Position numbers and translations under genes: made by a program
In this document: piece after piece, positions 10,781 through 23,617 of the stretch
Layout of the letters: every line of letters begins with the position of its first letter
How positions within the stretch are numbered: the first letter of the stretch is position 1
NCBI GenBank assembly: GCA_973895155.1
Contig: OZ316891.1
Span: forward strand, 23,931,899 to 23,995,898
Direction of reading: 5' to 3'
Length of the DNA stretch: 64,000 bases
From: Marsupella aquatica
Lineage: Eukaryota > Plantae > Marchantiophyta
The notes under the pieces: model-generated
The model's input: the letters and a program-made list of their open reading frames with translations, nothing else
Database searches by the model: none
Told to the model about the DNA's origin: nothing

Positions 10781-11929
10781 ACTTTCTGAATTGTTCGTGT
10801 TGGAATCTATCGTAAGTAATCTGAATACTGAAGATGCAGCGGAGGGCCATATAAGTAGAGAGAGAGGAGATCACAGATCAAGGTAGATGACGGAGTGGGA
10901 TATTAATCTAGATCTAAGAGACACCGCTAACTAAGCAATGGGGAGCGCATGGGGCGCACCTACCATATTTACTGCCGTAATTCAAGTGTGTAACCTTTTT
11001 CATAGGTGCCACCATTTCCATAACGCTCTGCCCAGAAAATTTTGCCTGGTAATCTTTTTCCCGACAAATATTAGTTACTATAATGATTGTTAGGGTTGGG
11101 GTTACTGTCTGTAACTTGTTTCCACAAAGCTCAGAAAAACTTCCTGGTGGCAACCTGTAAGCATTTCCTCACTTTCTGGTATCCCCAGACCAAGCTGTCA
11201 TTACCCTATATGTAAGTGGGTAGCGCATAATGTGCTCCTGTCAAGCCTGTAGTCCTAAGGACAGCGAGTGGTCCTAACAACTCTATAACTCCCTTCATGT
11301 CACGAGTACAACACAGTTTCTAACAGTTTGGGCTAGTTTGGGCAAGGTCAGGTGAGGTCGGGCGTTCGGGGAGGCGATCAGGCGAGGCGAGGTGGGCGAG
11401 AATCTAGTCTACCACACATCAGCATTCACACTTGGCTTTTTCTAGCTTTGTTGCAGGATGGACAGGCTGAACTGTTACAAAAAAATCTGGTCATCATTAA
11501 AGTGTCATGAAGGGCGACTGGTAGTGACTTTAGTGCAAATTAATGGGTGAGTGAAATTAAATGGAAACTTTGAGCGAGTGCTCAGGGACGAGAAACAGGG
11601 TGAAACCCATTTTTTGTCCTTCCAATAGCGTCAGGTCCTTTTCACTGCAAGTTAGTGCCAGGACATTCTGCTCTTTTCCTGCCCAGGCCCGTTTTCACTG
11701 CATGGTGCCCATCTTGAATTTTCCTGCATTGTGCCTCCGTCGCTGCTGCTCAGGCCCGACATTGCTTGTTGCAAATTATTTGGAATTCTCTGGTAGAGAT
11801 GTGCTTGAATGAGCAGAGTTTGAATTTAGAAACATACTCAAGCATATCTCTACCAGATAAATTCCATATTTTAATTTAGAAACATATGTCAACATTGCTG
11901 GGTCTCCCCGGGTAAGCTTTCGGGATTGC

Positions 11930-12354
11930 TTACCCGAAGCTGAAGTTTGTCGAACAGAGCTTATTAGATTGAAGCATTAGAAGAAGCACGGCTATTGGCA
12001 GCTCGACACGTCGTCAAGCAGCAGGTAGCTTCCAAGAAGCAGCATGACAAAGGACTACGAAAGGTCAACGTTATGACAGGCAATCTAGTCCTGTTGTACG
12101 ATAGTAGGTACATGCAATTTCCGGAGAAGCTTTATACCCGTTGGTTAGGGCCTTTCCTAGTCAATCAGATCTACCCTAATGGATCTTTGGAACTTGCAAT
12201 GTACGCTGGCGATTTACTACCCACGCGAGTCAGTTACGATTGTGTGAAGAAGTACCACCATCAAGACAATGACGCCGAGAGTGATGTTTGCAAGGACGCT
12301 TCACAATTAAGTAGGGAGCTATGTGACGCCGCCGGTACGGCGGGTAATGAGTAA
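11930..12354 (+). pseudogene. Ty3/gypsy integrase C-terminal fragment (GPF/GPY region)
   Basis: LEEARLLA..KKQHDK..GNLVLLYDSR..KLYTRWLGPFLVNQIYPNGSLEL..RV..VKKYH is typical of non-chromovirus (Athila/Tat-like) integrase tails. Confidence 0.85.
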
Positions 12355-13816
12355 TTTGGTCTAACCGCGCTTAGCACGCACATTAGGGGTATCTTAGGCC
12401 ATTATTATTAGCATAACGACAGTACTTAGGTAGCCATTATGAGTAGGAAATCATTAGTCAATAAGGGGAATCCATGTTTGGGCTGGCGGCGGGTCACCAT
12501 TTGCACGCCCGAGTTGCGAGCGTATAATGGGCCCTTTTCTCCCCTCTCTCGGGTCCGTATAACAAACTCCGGGAGGCGGCCACTAACACGAGCTGACCCG
12601 GACTGGAGAAGGGGCCGGTACACTACGAGCGTGAAAGGCTCAACCTATAAGCAATGAGGAGGCGTCGGGTGATCAACGAGCTCTCAGGGTATAAAAAGGG
12701 GGCCAATCCTTTGCAATGCACCAAGCTCTCCAGTCCACGCGCCAGCTTTGATCCCAGCTCTCTCGATTTTCCTTTGTCACCTGCTATCTCTGAATGTTGC
12801 ACACAATCCTTTCCAGTTTGGCCATACAATTTTGGACTCAGTTCCTGTCTATCGGAGGGCACTTGGCCGACTCATTGAAACACGCCAATCCGCGCCGATA
12901 TGAGATTGAACGCAAATACAAGAGAGCCATCCGCCTAGTAGGCCGCCACCACTATCTCCTTAACTTTGAGTACCCGTCCCAAAGCAAGCTTTACCGACCC
13001 CAAGAGGTATCAGGGTACTTCTTCGATGGAGGCAAATACATCGGCTTCTAGGAGGCACTGGTTTGGCTTCTGAACAAGGTCTTCAATATTCCGGGCACGA
13101 TCAACTTACAGCGGCACCACTTTGACCACATCCCCGTTCGGGTCCGGGCTATCATCAACGGCAAGTTCAACACTACCCGGTCGACAAGACCATCTTCACT
13201 TGTGTCGGAAAACTCCATCGACACTTGCAGAACTTCATGGCAACTCTACCATCAATGACCAGTGCCGGCCAACCCGTGCCCGTACCTGCACCTACACCTC
13301 CTCGGCCTCAGCCAAGCCGGTCCCCACCACCCGTTCCATCACCTCTCCAAGTACGATCCGTGGTGAATGCGGTACATATCAGCTCCAAAGACGAGGAAGC
13401 TCACCCTCCTCGGAATCGACGATCGCGGGGTATGAACAACCCCACACCACCCCAGCAAGCCTGAGGGGACAACACGGTAACACTAGCGGCCCCGACACCA
13501 ATACTCACGGCAGTCGCACTACCACCACCTGACCGGGAGGATGGAGAGATGTCCCCTTCTTCTAGTCACCCCGGGAATCAGTCTCGGAGTAGGAAGAGGA
13601 AGGAGCCCGCAGCCGTATCCGGGTTGCCTTTGGCCACGGTTGCGGTAGCCAAGCTGACCATGCATCACATGGGGGACAATGTTCACAAGAACATTCTCCA
13701 CCGCAAGCATGCATGCTATCTGAAGACTTAGGGGTTTGAGCACCTCGCCTCTCTCCCTTGGAACGGGAGCAGGTATTACGGGTAGGATATGACGGAGTTC
13801 ATTCAGAAGTTTGACA
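12322..13816 (+). mobile_element. LTR-like unit A, left part, with decayed internal ORF; split by CACTA-1
   Basis: Starts TGTGACGCC right after purine-rich AAGTAGGGAGCTA at the integrase end. It encodes ..KHACYLKT*GFEHLASLPW..DMTEFIQKFD, which continues in frame at 57506. Confidence 0.6.
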
Positions 13817-14160
13817 CACTAGTGGAAAATAGTGTCCTTAATGACTAGAATGAGGACTGAAAAATGAGTCATATGTACCAATATATGACTAGAGCTTTTC
13901 TGTCATACCTGCCTCGTCTTTTAGGACAGTCAATTAAGACAAATGACTAAAACTCTCACTAGTCATTTATGGTAGTCCTAAATGACACAATATTTCTGAA
14001 ATGACATGTTGTCCTAAATGACTGAATGAACGGCCGTCAGTCATTTAGGCATGTCTTTAATGACACATATTTAAACAAATCATATTACAACACGTGGCAA
14101 CTATGCACGGTTGTCATTATATGTCATTTCAGACATGTCATAAATGACACAATAATAAAT

Positions 14161-14485
14161 CATTTAAGGTGTCATTTAGTGTGTCATTGAAGGTGTCGTA
14201 CATGGTGTCATTAAAAATGTCATACAAGGTATCATTGAGGGTGTCATACAGGGTGTCATTGAGGGTGTCATACAAGGTGTCATTGAGGGTGTCATACAGG
14301 GTGTCATTGAGGGTGTCATACATAGTGTCATACATGGTGTCATTGAGGGTGTCATTGAGGGTGTCATATATGGTGTCATTGAGGGTGTCATTGAGGGTGT
14401 CATTGAGGGTGTCATTGAGGGTGTCATACATGGTGTCATTGAGGGTGTCATACATGGTGTCATTGAGGGTGTCATACAGGGTGTT
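14161..14485. repeat. 12-bp tandem array (GTGTCATTGAGG / GTGTCATACATG) in the CACTA-1 subterminal region
   Basis: Directly visible; it expands the GTCAT subterminal motif. Confidence 0.9.
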
Positions 14486-14903
14486 TTTAAGTAATGTCAT
14501 TTGGGATGTATCTAAGAAGAGCTCATAGTTATATTCAAAATCACATACAATGAATCCACTTAGAACCCTAAACAAAGACATCACTCAGTTATATTCAAAA
14601 TCACATACAATGAATCCACTTAGAACCCTAAACAAAGACATCACTTTGCGCATCATCATCGTATTCATAAATTCACACTCCAACATTCACAAGCTCTAAT
14701 ATAGAATAATTGTAAAAACAGAAGTCATCATTGTATTTAGAAATTCACATTCCAACATTCACAAGCTCTAGTATAGAACAATTGCAAAAACAGAAGTCTT
14801 TATGATGAAGTGATAGAAAGTACACATTTTTCACTTGCATGAGTGAAACAATGGTAACCAAAATATTCAAAAATTCTCTGTTCTACATGATCAGAGAAAA
14901 TGT

Positions 14904-17695
14904 TCAACACTTCCGAAGAAACCTAGCATTCCACAATGTATTCATTCCTAACACATTTCGTAAGCAGAGTTGTTTCTCTTCTTTGTTGGGCATTGGCAAT
15001 GTTGCATCACCACAATACACTGCCTTAACTAATACTCGCACCCAAGGACTCTCAATCATGACACAATGAAATTTATCCTCTCCTGGTAACCCTGTCACTT
15101 CACCTCTAGCAACAATTGTAGAGCAATCCACAACGCTTCGTACTTCTATAGCATCTCCTTTTGAAAACTGCCACACAAAATTGTTAGGACAAATAGTACT
15201 GTCTTGTAGTACTGATTTGGGCATATCATCAATTTAAGAACATAAGCCAACTGAAAACAAATTCACCTTTGCTACTGGATTTGGGGAGAGAATTGGTCCT
15301 CGTTCACTAGGTGAGATAGTGATAGGGGTTGATTTCTTGAATCTCTTTGAAGGCCTAGGTGGTGTAGCCTCTTGTTCCTGAATTGCATTTGACACTATCT
15401 GTTCATCTGTGACAGTAATCTCATCACTCTCACCATTACCAATGCTGCTTTGTACAACGCAAGGTTCCTGCAGTGCTCCCAAATTTGCTTCTCCCATACT
15501 TGGCTTTGGCTTCTGCCTTGTTAAAGTATCTGATTTCTCTCGCTGTGATACAGGATTCTCTCCTGAAGAAGCTACCACAAAACCAAACAATGAATGCTTA
15601 GAAAACTTCATTCTAAATTGAAAAATAAACTATTGCATATGTAACATGTTTAGAGTATAATTTTGTATGTTCTTACCATCACCATCACCCGAGAAAGTAA
15701 GAGAACGTTTCCTGCTACTACCTTTAGGCTCAACCATCACCTTAGTAGCAATTGCATTTGATAATTGCATATGGAACTGATTCTGTTGATTTTGTGCAAT
15801 GAAAGAGGTCATCATAGATGTCAAATTGTCCACTTTGAATTCAAGCTTGGTTAAATTCTCCACAGACTGTTCAAGCTTGAGTAATCGAGCTGGTTCCTCA
15901 ATTGTAGTTTCCCTGGACAGTGGAGTCTACATACACAAACACACCATACAATGTCAATCATCAATGATAATTTGAACATCATGGATAACTGATAATCAAA
16001 ATTGAATATATACACAGGTTTTCATTACATACCGCTGATCCATGTGCAGATCCAATTCCAACAAAACTACTGCCTCGATGTTCACCACTGCCCATAGATG
16101 GACTGATCTGCACTGGGGGGACTGGACTACTAGACACAAGTTTTGATATAACAGGGCTTGTCAATCCTTTTGCTTTCTGGAAACACATAATCACATTCAA
16201 AGCAATTGGAATATTAATGAGAACTCATCATGTCATTGTTTATTCCTATACTAGATGAACACTTCAATTCAAATAACAGTCTAGACCTGCAATGAGATGG
16301 ACCATCTGAAGATTCTTACCAATCTTTTTTCTGTTCCAGCAGCCCCTCCTCTTCCAAAATGCTCTTTGTTCACCACTTCTGCCCTCCTTGCTTTCATCAC
16401 AACACTCCTTGCAAGCAAAGCAGGACTATCAAAATGATCCACCAGTTGTGCCCATTTCAATGGGTCAACATATTGAGGTCCTGGTTTGGAGCGATCACGT
16501 TTACATACATCCTTCCAATAAGTATTTAGTTTGTGACGTTCTCTTTTCAATAACGTCCGATAGTGACTAATAAATTTCTTGTCAAACACTGACTGCTTAT
16601 CTGGATACTCCCAATCTGCCTCCATCAATTTCTGCACATCCTCAATTATGTTTGGATCTTGTTTGTTCCAATCAGGTTCTGATACATCGAAAAGCCTCAA
16701 GACATTGGCACGCAGCTCCTCCATCCAATATGGTTTATTAGGATGAGAATCATCAATATCATTGTCATGAATCTGATAAAAACACCACAAATGATAGCCA
16801 TCAACATTGAGAATGAAACAAACACCAAATTGCTTCTGAGTACACAAACTGTAGGCCACAAATGTGAAATGTGCAATGAAAATCTTACCATTATCAATTT
16901 TCCCTTCTTATTGTCAGCCCTTCTTACACTACCAGTTCTCTGGAATTGTTTTTTGGCTTGCCTAGATTCCCTGCGTTGCTCTGTTGCAGTCTTTCTTCCC
17001 TCTACATACACAATGAGCATCCAATATTGATGATCCATAATTGTAAAATGAGGGACAAGAAATATTACAATATAATAAGAGGATGCTTCATTGAATTTGA
17101 CTTACCTGAACCCTGACTGGATGTCACTACTATAGAGTATCCAGATTTCCCAATCGATGTTGATGGAACCACCACTATACACATGCAAACCATTGGAGTT
17201 ATGAATCCAACATTCATATAGATCAACATTGAAAAATACATTGAAAATCTTTGAAATTACTTACATTCAAATAGCTGGCCAGTTACAGGGTCTTTGTAAC
17301 ATTGCACCATGCCACTCATGGAAGGTCCAACCTTTGTAGGGGTTTCTTTTGCATCTGCCAAGCTCTTGGATGGAGGTTGCAGATGGACCTGTCCAGATCA
17401 AGTTAAAACCAATGTTATTGAACAGAATCACTACCAATGTCTATAGTTTCCTCATATTGTTGGTGAAATGTAATAGGAATCTCACCTTGGATGAACTTTC
17501 TGGTTTCTCATCTTCACTGTACTCAGCATCAGTGTCATAATCTGATTCAGAGCCCTCATCACCAGACTCTGCCATACTCACTGAGACAATTCTTGATAGT
17601 CTGGAGCTCTGTCTCCTCTGTGTGGTAACCTCACTTCTAGGAGTTTGACGTGCACTTGTTTCCTGCTTGCGCCCTACGGTCTGTGTTGCACCCAA
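14904..17695 (-). CDS. CACTA-1 TnpA-like multi-exon gene (exon limits approximate)
   Basis: Exon 16281..16859 (..ERHKLNTYWK..PQYVDPLKWAQLVDHFDS..HFGRGG, Ptta/En/Spm-like). The terminal exon has 'IVARGEV..WVRVLVKAVYCGDATLP' (Tnp1/En/Spm domain). GT-AG junctions are present and the layout parallels 43889-47287. Confidence 0.75.
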
Positions 17696-17994
17696 TCTAC
17701 ATCAAAGAATATCAATGAATGAATGACAAGTACCAACAACCAACTCATATTGCTGATGAACAATATTAACACATCTTTGCACATTCAAAACAACATGCAA
17801 GATTATACTCACATGAAATTGAAATTTTCTCCAAATATCTCCCTAAATTTTCTATTGTTGTCTGCTACCTTCTTATTTCGTTCCTCCTCATATGGAGGTA
17901 TTCGCTGCATTCACTGCTAGATCATGGCATGCCATGTTAGTATGATCCCACTATCAACTAAATGAAACCAGACTGTATAGTATCTTCAAACCAT

Positions 17995-20900
17995 TCATTT
18001 CCTTTTATACTTTCTTTTTCCTTTGTCTGTAGTACTTGGTCCAGGCTCCTGTCTAGTTATACAGGCTTCTGCCAACTCTATGTGAAACTTAGCATTGTCA
18101 TCCATAGTATCATGGAAATCAACTTCCATGTAATCACCCAGCACCCTTGTAGACCTGGATTCCTTGTGGAGGATTGTCCTCCATGCAATCCCCTTATCAT
18201 TTGGGTAAAAAAACACCTATTCTATCTGTCGTGGCAATACATAGTCCATTTTCTTGGAAGCACCCAGCTCCTTCTGAAAATTTACTTGCCACAATCCAAA
18301 CGCATCATATCTCATACTTGCTGTGGCTTTGGGAGTCCAAGATGGGTTTGCCCACCTTCCATTGAAAAGGACCACTTCCTTTATCAGAGGCCCATAGTTC
18401 AACACTAAGATGTCTGTCAACACCCCCACATATTGTACAGATTCATCTACTGTTGCCCCTGACCTAATGACCCGCTTCTCAGTGAATGTACAAGCCATCC
18501 CAGAATCAAAAGTCTTGAACCCAGATGAGTCACAATCAATCAAGGAACCTAGTGATGGAATGGTCCTCCAATGGTGCCCATAGGCTCTGCAGGCCCTGTA
18601 CCGCAGTGCCTTCAGACTAGGTGGTACACTATACGTTGCCAACACCATTCATTCAAACTCATTCTCAAAATTATGCCTTCTAATTGTCACTTCAAACCAT
18701 TCTCTAAAAGGAGGCAACTCATCCAAATCAGAGGGATAAGGCACAGGATTCCTCCGATTTCCTGGATTCTTCATCCATTCTTTCCGGAAATCTGCTTTGT
18801 GCTTGGTAACTGCCTCCTTTTGATCATCATAAACCCTGCATGGCAAGAATGACAGTTAGCTCCTAGGCCCACACAATTTTTGCTCAAAACTCAATTCTGT
18901 TTAATAATAAACAACAGAGAACTTAACAATATAAACCATGCTCATACCTATACCATGGTTCCACCAACTCTTCATTCTCTAGTATGTAATGATGCATAGC
19001 TATCATATCATTCCACTCCAAGGTGATCTGTTTTCCAGCTCCTTCCAAGACAATGCCTGCAACACCAGGATTCTCCTCCAAGTCCCATGTTCTCATTCCT
19101 GTCCCCTTAACATCGATCATGTATTCAGAAAGGAATCCTAAAGATTCATCTAGAAGGTAGCCTTCAGCCATAGAAGCCTCTGGACGTGCCTTGTTTTGAA
19201 CATAACCCTTCAAGGTCTTTAGATATCTTTCTATTGGGTACATCCATCTAATGTTCACTGGACCACAGATGTCTAGTTCCTAAACCAGATGAATCAACAG
19301 ATGGGTCATGACATCAAAGAAGCTTGGTGGGAAATGAATTTCCATAAAGCAGAGTGTGAATGCAACATCCATCATCACAGAGTCGTACTGTGAGGGATCC
19401 CAAACCTTGGCACAGATGGTACGCCACACATTGCTCACTCTGGCTATGGCCAACCAAACACCTTCATCAAGTAATCCCATTGTTGCCAATGGAAGGATTT
19501 GTTGCATGAGGTGATGGAAATTGTGAGATTTCAGCCCTGATAACTTCTTCTTAACTGTGACACATTTAGCCAGAGAACTGCTGAAACCAGTGGGCCCTTT
19601 AAAGGCCAACAATACCTCTAAGAACTTAGTCTTCTTTGTCGTACTGAGGCAGTATGGGGCTGGCGGCATGATCTTTGAATCTTTTTTTGGATCTGGATTT
19701 GGAACCAGCCACAGGTGTTCCCGCACGTCCATGACTTTCATGTCTTCTCGAACAGAAGGAGTATCCTTTGTCCCCAAAATAGTGTGCACGATGTTGTGTG
19801 CAAGATTCTTCTCATAGTGCATGGGATCCAAACAATGGTTGATGAGAAGTTTCTGCATTGGACGCACAGTTCACTACAAACTAAGTTAGAATAAGAAATG
19901 TTACTCCTTGCTACTTAACATTAATACACACTGAGGGATTCAGTATGGGAAACCAGATACTTACACTCCAGTATGGCAGCTTGTATAATCCAGTAACCCT
20001 CTTCACTCCATTCTTCTTTACTGGAGAGTTTTCATCATCCAGCGCATTCCCTGGTTTCTTCTCCACATATTTAGCGGCCTTTTCTCCCCAACGTTTCCTA
20101 TCAGAGCTGGACACTCTACACGGTGCATCTCGTGCCTCTACCTCACCATTAAAGTATTTTGCCACTTCCTCTTTGCAAAAATAGTGCCTTTGTGGTCACC
20201 AGCGACGATGGCCAGCAAATAGTAACTTGCCCAACTGTTTTGAACCATGTGCCACACAATTTGGCCCACAAACCACACATCCTTTGTACCCTGCATGTTG
20301 TTGGCCAGAGACTAATCCATATGCAGGATAATCATTGATTGTCCACAATACTGAAGCCCTTAGCTTGAACTCTTGCTGCAATCCTAGCCTTGGTAGAACA
20401 TCAAAAAAATCTACTCCTTCTGACCATAATGTCTCAAGATCATCCACAAGTGGAGCCATGTATACATCAAATTGTTCCTCGCTTACAGACATAGGACCTG
20501 GAATTAGAAGAGCCAGCATGACAAAGAACTTCTTTGTGGAAAGCCAAGGAGGGATATTATAATTCAACAGCAGGATTGGCCATGTAGACCAGGCAGTAGA
20601 ATTATTCCCAAATGGATTTACCCCATCAAGTGCCAATCCCATTCGCACATTCCTTGGCTCAGCAGCAAAAGCAGGGTTGATCTCTGTGTCCACATGTTTC
20701 CATGCCTTTGAATCTGCTGGATGTCGGACCATGTTGTCCTTGCTCTTGTTCTCATGATGCCAAGTCATTAGCTTAGATGTACCCTTAGTGGCATACAATC
20801 TCTTCAATCGAGGGATTATAGGGAAATATCTCAAGACCTTCACAGGTTGTAAAGAATTCCCCACTAACTTCATCTTTGGCTGATTACACTTGGAACAATT

Positions 20901-21782
20901 GTCCAACTCTGCAGTCTCATTTCTAAATAACATACATCCATTCTCACAGACTGGGATTCTCTCATAGTCTAAACCCAATTTTCTCAGTAATTGTTTTGCA
21001 GCATATAGGTTTTTAGGGAGAGTGTGCTCTGTTGGCATTCCATGCCCAGTCAACAAAGACAACATGGCATTCACTCCCGTGTTTGAGAACCTATTGTTGT
21101 GATAGATGTTTAAAAACAACAACATGAAGGAAACTACATCTGTCTTACTGCCTGGAAATAAGGGTTTCATGGCTTCTTCTAAAGACCCTTGCAGAGGGAC
21201 AGGATTTATAGGATGTCCTGCTGTAGGTGTGTCCTCAGCCCTGGTCTCAGCAGAGGGTGGATCTGCCTCATTCTCATCATTTTGAAACATTGAATCTATA
21301 TCAAAAGGAGGATCATTATCCACATATTCGTCAGACTCTTCAGAAGCTCTTGCCAATGTCTCCTGAAGTAAAACTCTGACCTGCTCTTCAACATCTATTG
21401 ATGGCTGGCCTGAGTGGAATGCCTCTCGAGACATTCCTGCCCTCAGTGCCTTTGTACCAGAGTTACGGATGTAATTGGATCTCCACTCCTCATCAAAAGA
21501 GTCTTCACCCTCTCCTACCCACACTCAACAGGCAGGGTAGCGGCCATATTTAAGAAGATGTTGTCGACTGGTCTTTCGAGTAGTCTTAACAATCCCTTTG
21601 CATTCCATGCAAGAGCAATACATTCTATGATCAGCACTACCAGAGCAAGCTATCTGTTCCCGAGCCCATAAGTTATCATCACGACGCTGTATTCGACATG
21701 GATGGGAAAGAGGTAAACTTCTCAGGTTGTCTGCCTCTATTGTATGTGCAGTGTTATGTGACCCAGCCTGGCTAGAAGCCAT
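17995..21782 (-). pseudogene. CACTA-1 TnpD transposase with several in-frame stops and a frameshift
   Basis: CSCMEC association domain; Transposase_21-type motifs (CENGCMLF, HPADSKAW, LALDGVNPFG, WTINDYPAYG); DPMHYEKN, GLKSHNFH, RWMYPIERYLKTLKGYVQNKARPEASMAEGY; DUF4216-like tail. Stops at about 21525, 20196, 19280, 18649 and 18217. Confidence 0.95.
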
Positions 21783-22999
21783 GATTGCAGCACTACCTAA
21801 TCAAAAACACAATTGCACATCTTTCTTTTGTGACATCTTGCAGAGCTCTAGACAACTCCAAAACCCTTCCATACCATCTTCTATAGCGTCATGTGAAGCA
21901 AACATGTGCACAAGTGAAGAATAGACATACATTTGAGGTACAGTACTCCAACTGAGGTAAAGGCAGCTCCCACTTTAGCCTTCATTGCCAATAGAATAGT
22001 ACATGCATGCCAACAACAGGTAAACAGATGACATATTAGCAACTTGATCAGAAATTATTTACTTGGGTACGTTACCTAATCTCATTTCATATTGTAAGTG
22101 GCAATGGGTATTTGAAGGAGACTTGAATTGTACAAATCAAAATGTCATCAGTTTACAAGACCAAAGAAAGGCCTACCTGAACCAGATTTAGGCCAAGGGT
22201 GTTCACAATAGTCAGCAATCTCAGACCCTTCAAAACAGTGAGTACAATAAGAAACATTAATCATAATGTCCATCAATCCCCTCCATTCTTTGACTTTTGA
22301 ATACATTTGTTGAAATGATCCTCTTCAAATATATAGGCAATTTTTATTTGGGCAGGTACTAGAATAGATTCCACATCACAACATTTCATCATCCCCACAC
22401 AAACCAGGATACATATGGACAAGGGCCTGAAAGGGTTTCATGTAATTAATCTACATAATTAAACATATAGTGTTTTTGTGCAGTAGTAAGAATGAAATAC
22501 AGTCACTCAGTCTTCAAAATTATCAAAAAGGAGAAAATTCTGAGACCCGGGTTGAAGGAGTTGTTAAGGGTGTTGACCCGGGTTTAGAAAGGCAGTACTA
22601 CAAAACTTGAGAGACATTACGTGAAGTTTGCCTTGTTATGCCCAAATCCCTCAAAGGGACAACAAGAATTTTAAGACCTTGGGTGGATTTTAGGTCTTGC
22701 CTCTTAAGGTCAGTGTGATGTTTTTTAGTTCTTTTGTTATGTATCTCCATTCAGGCTCTTCATATGTTTGCCATTGACAAAACAGTCATCATACAATCAG
22801 AATTGATACTGGTCTTTCTCCACTAAGTGCTGCTCTACTCTAGGGCAAACAGTCTCAACCCCTGGTCCCAAGATTGGCTCATCATGGTGAAACGTTATAC
22901 AGGCACACCTCCTTTGCAGTCTAATGTGTCCATCCCGCCTATATATATCCCCAGGGCACACTCGATATTTTGGGCAAAAATCCTCACAACTATGGATAC

Positions 23000-23163
23000 T
23001 GTTGTAACCATTTACTCTAGACCATGGTTAACCCCTAACCCTATCCTGAAGGGGTAACATGGGTTAACACCAACCCCAACATGTAACCCTATGGTGACTA
23101 TATAAGTCACACCCATAATGGAACACAACAGCGAGTTGCAAGTCTCTCCATTGTCACACAACA
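23000..23163 (+). repeat. copia 5' LTR
   Basis: TGTTGTAACC...GTCACACAACA, with an internal TATATAAG. Confidence 0.95.
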
Positions 23164-23175
23164 CGTTATCAGCGC
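23164..23175 (+). promoter_or_regulatory. Primer-binding site complementary to the anticodon region of tRNA-Ile (half-tRNA type)
   Basis: CGTTATCAGCGC immediately follows the LTR, with no TGG; this resembles the Bianca-type PBS CGTTATCAGCAC. Confidence 0.7.
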
Positions 23176-23617
23176 AATAGCATCTAAATTTTTTTTCAGT
23201 TTGGAGTTAAGGTAGGATAATTGGAGTACGGCTTTCAGACAAAGAAATTGACTTCCAATGTTGCATTTTTAGCCCCACCCCACATCAGTAACTGCCACCG
23301 ATTCAAATCACACCATAATTTAAACTTCGGATCCTCTGAATAGTCCACGAATCCTTACGGAAAACACACAATCCGTATATAATTGATTAGTGACACTATC
23401 GGAGAGGCATGAATCACTTTGAAATAGTGTTTTCCCGTTCAAATTCGACTCAATTTTTTTTATATCTTATTGTTCCGCCACGGAAATCCTGAGTTTCTTT
23501 TATCGCCAAGGAAAATCCCGTGGATAAAAAGGCACGAGTGATTGAAGTAATTGAGAACGACATAGATTTGATATTAATCAGAACGCGGACAGTGATTTGT
23601 TACAGATTTGAGATACT

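Noticed and set aside
14138-14584. ORFs with DTLN / MTPS / VSLR repeats
   Set aside because: They are translations of the 12-bp subterminal array, open in several frames.
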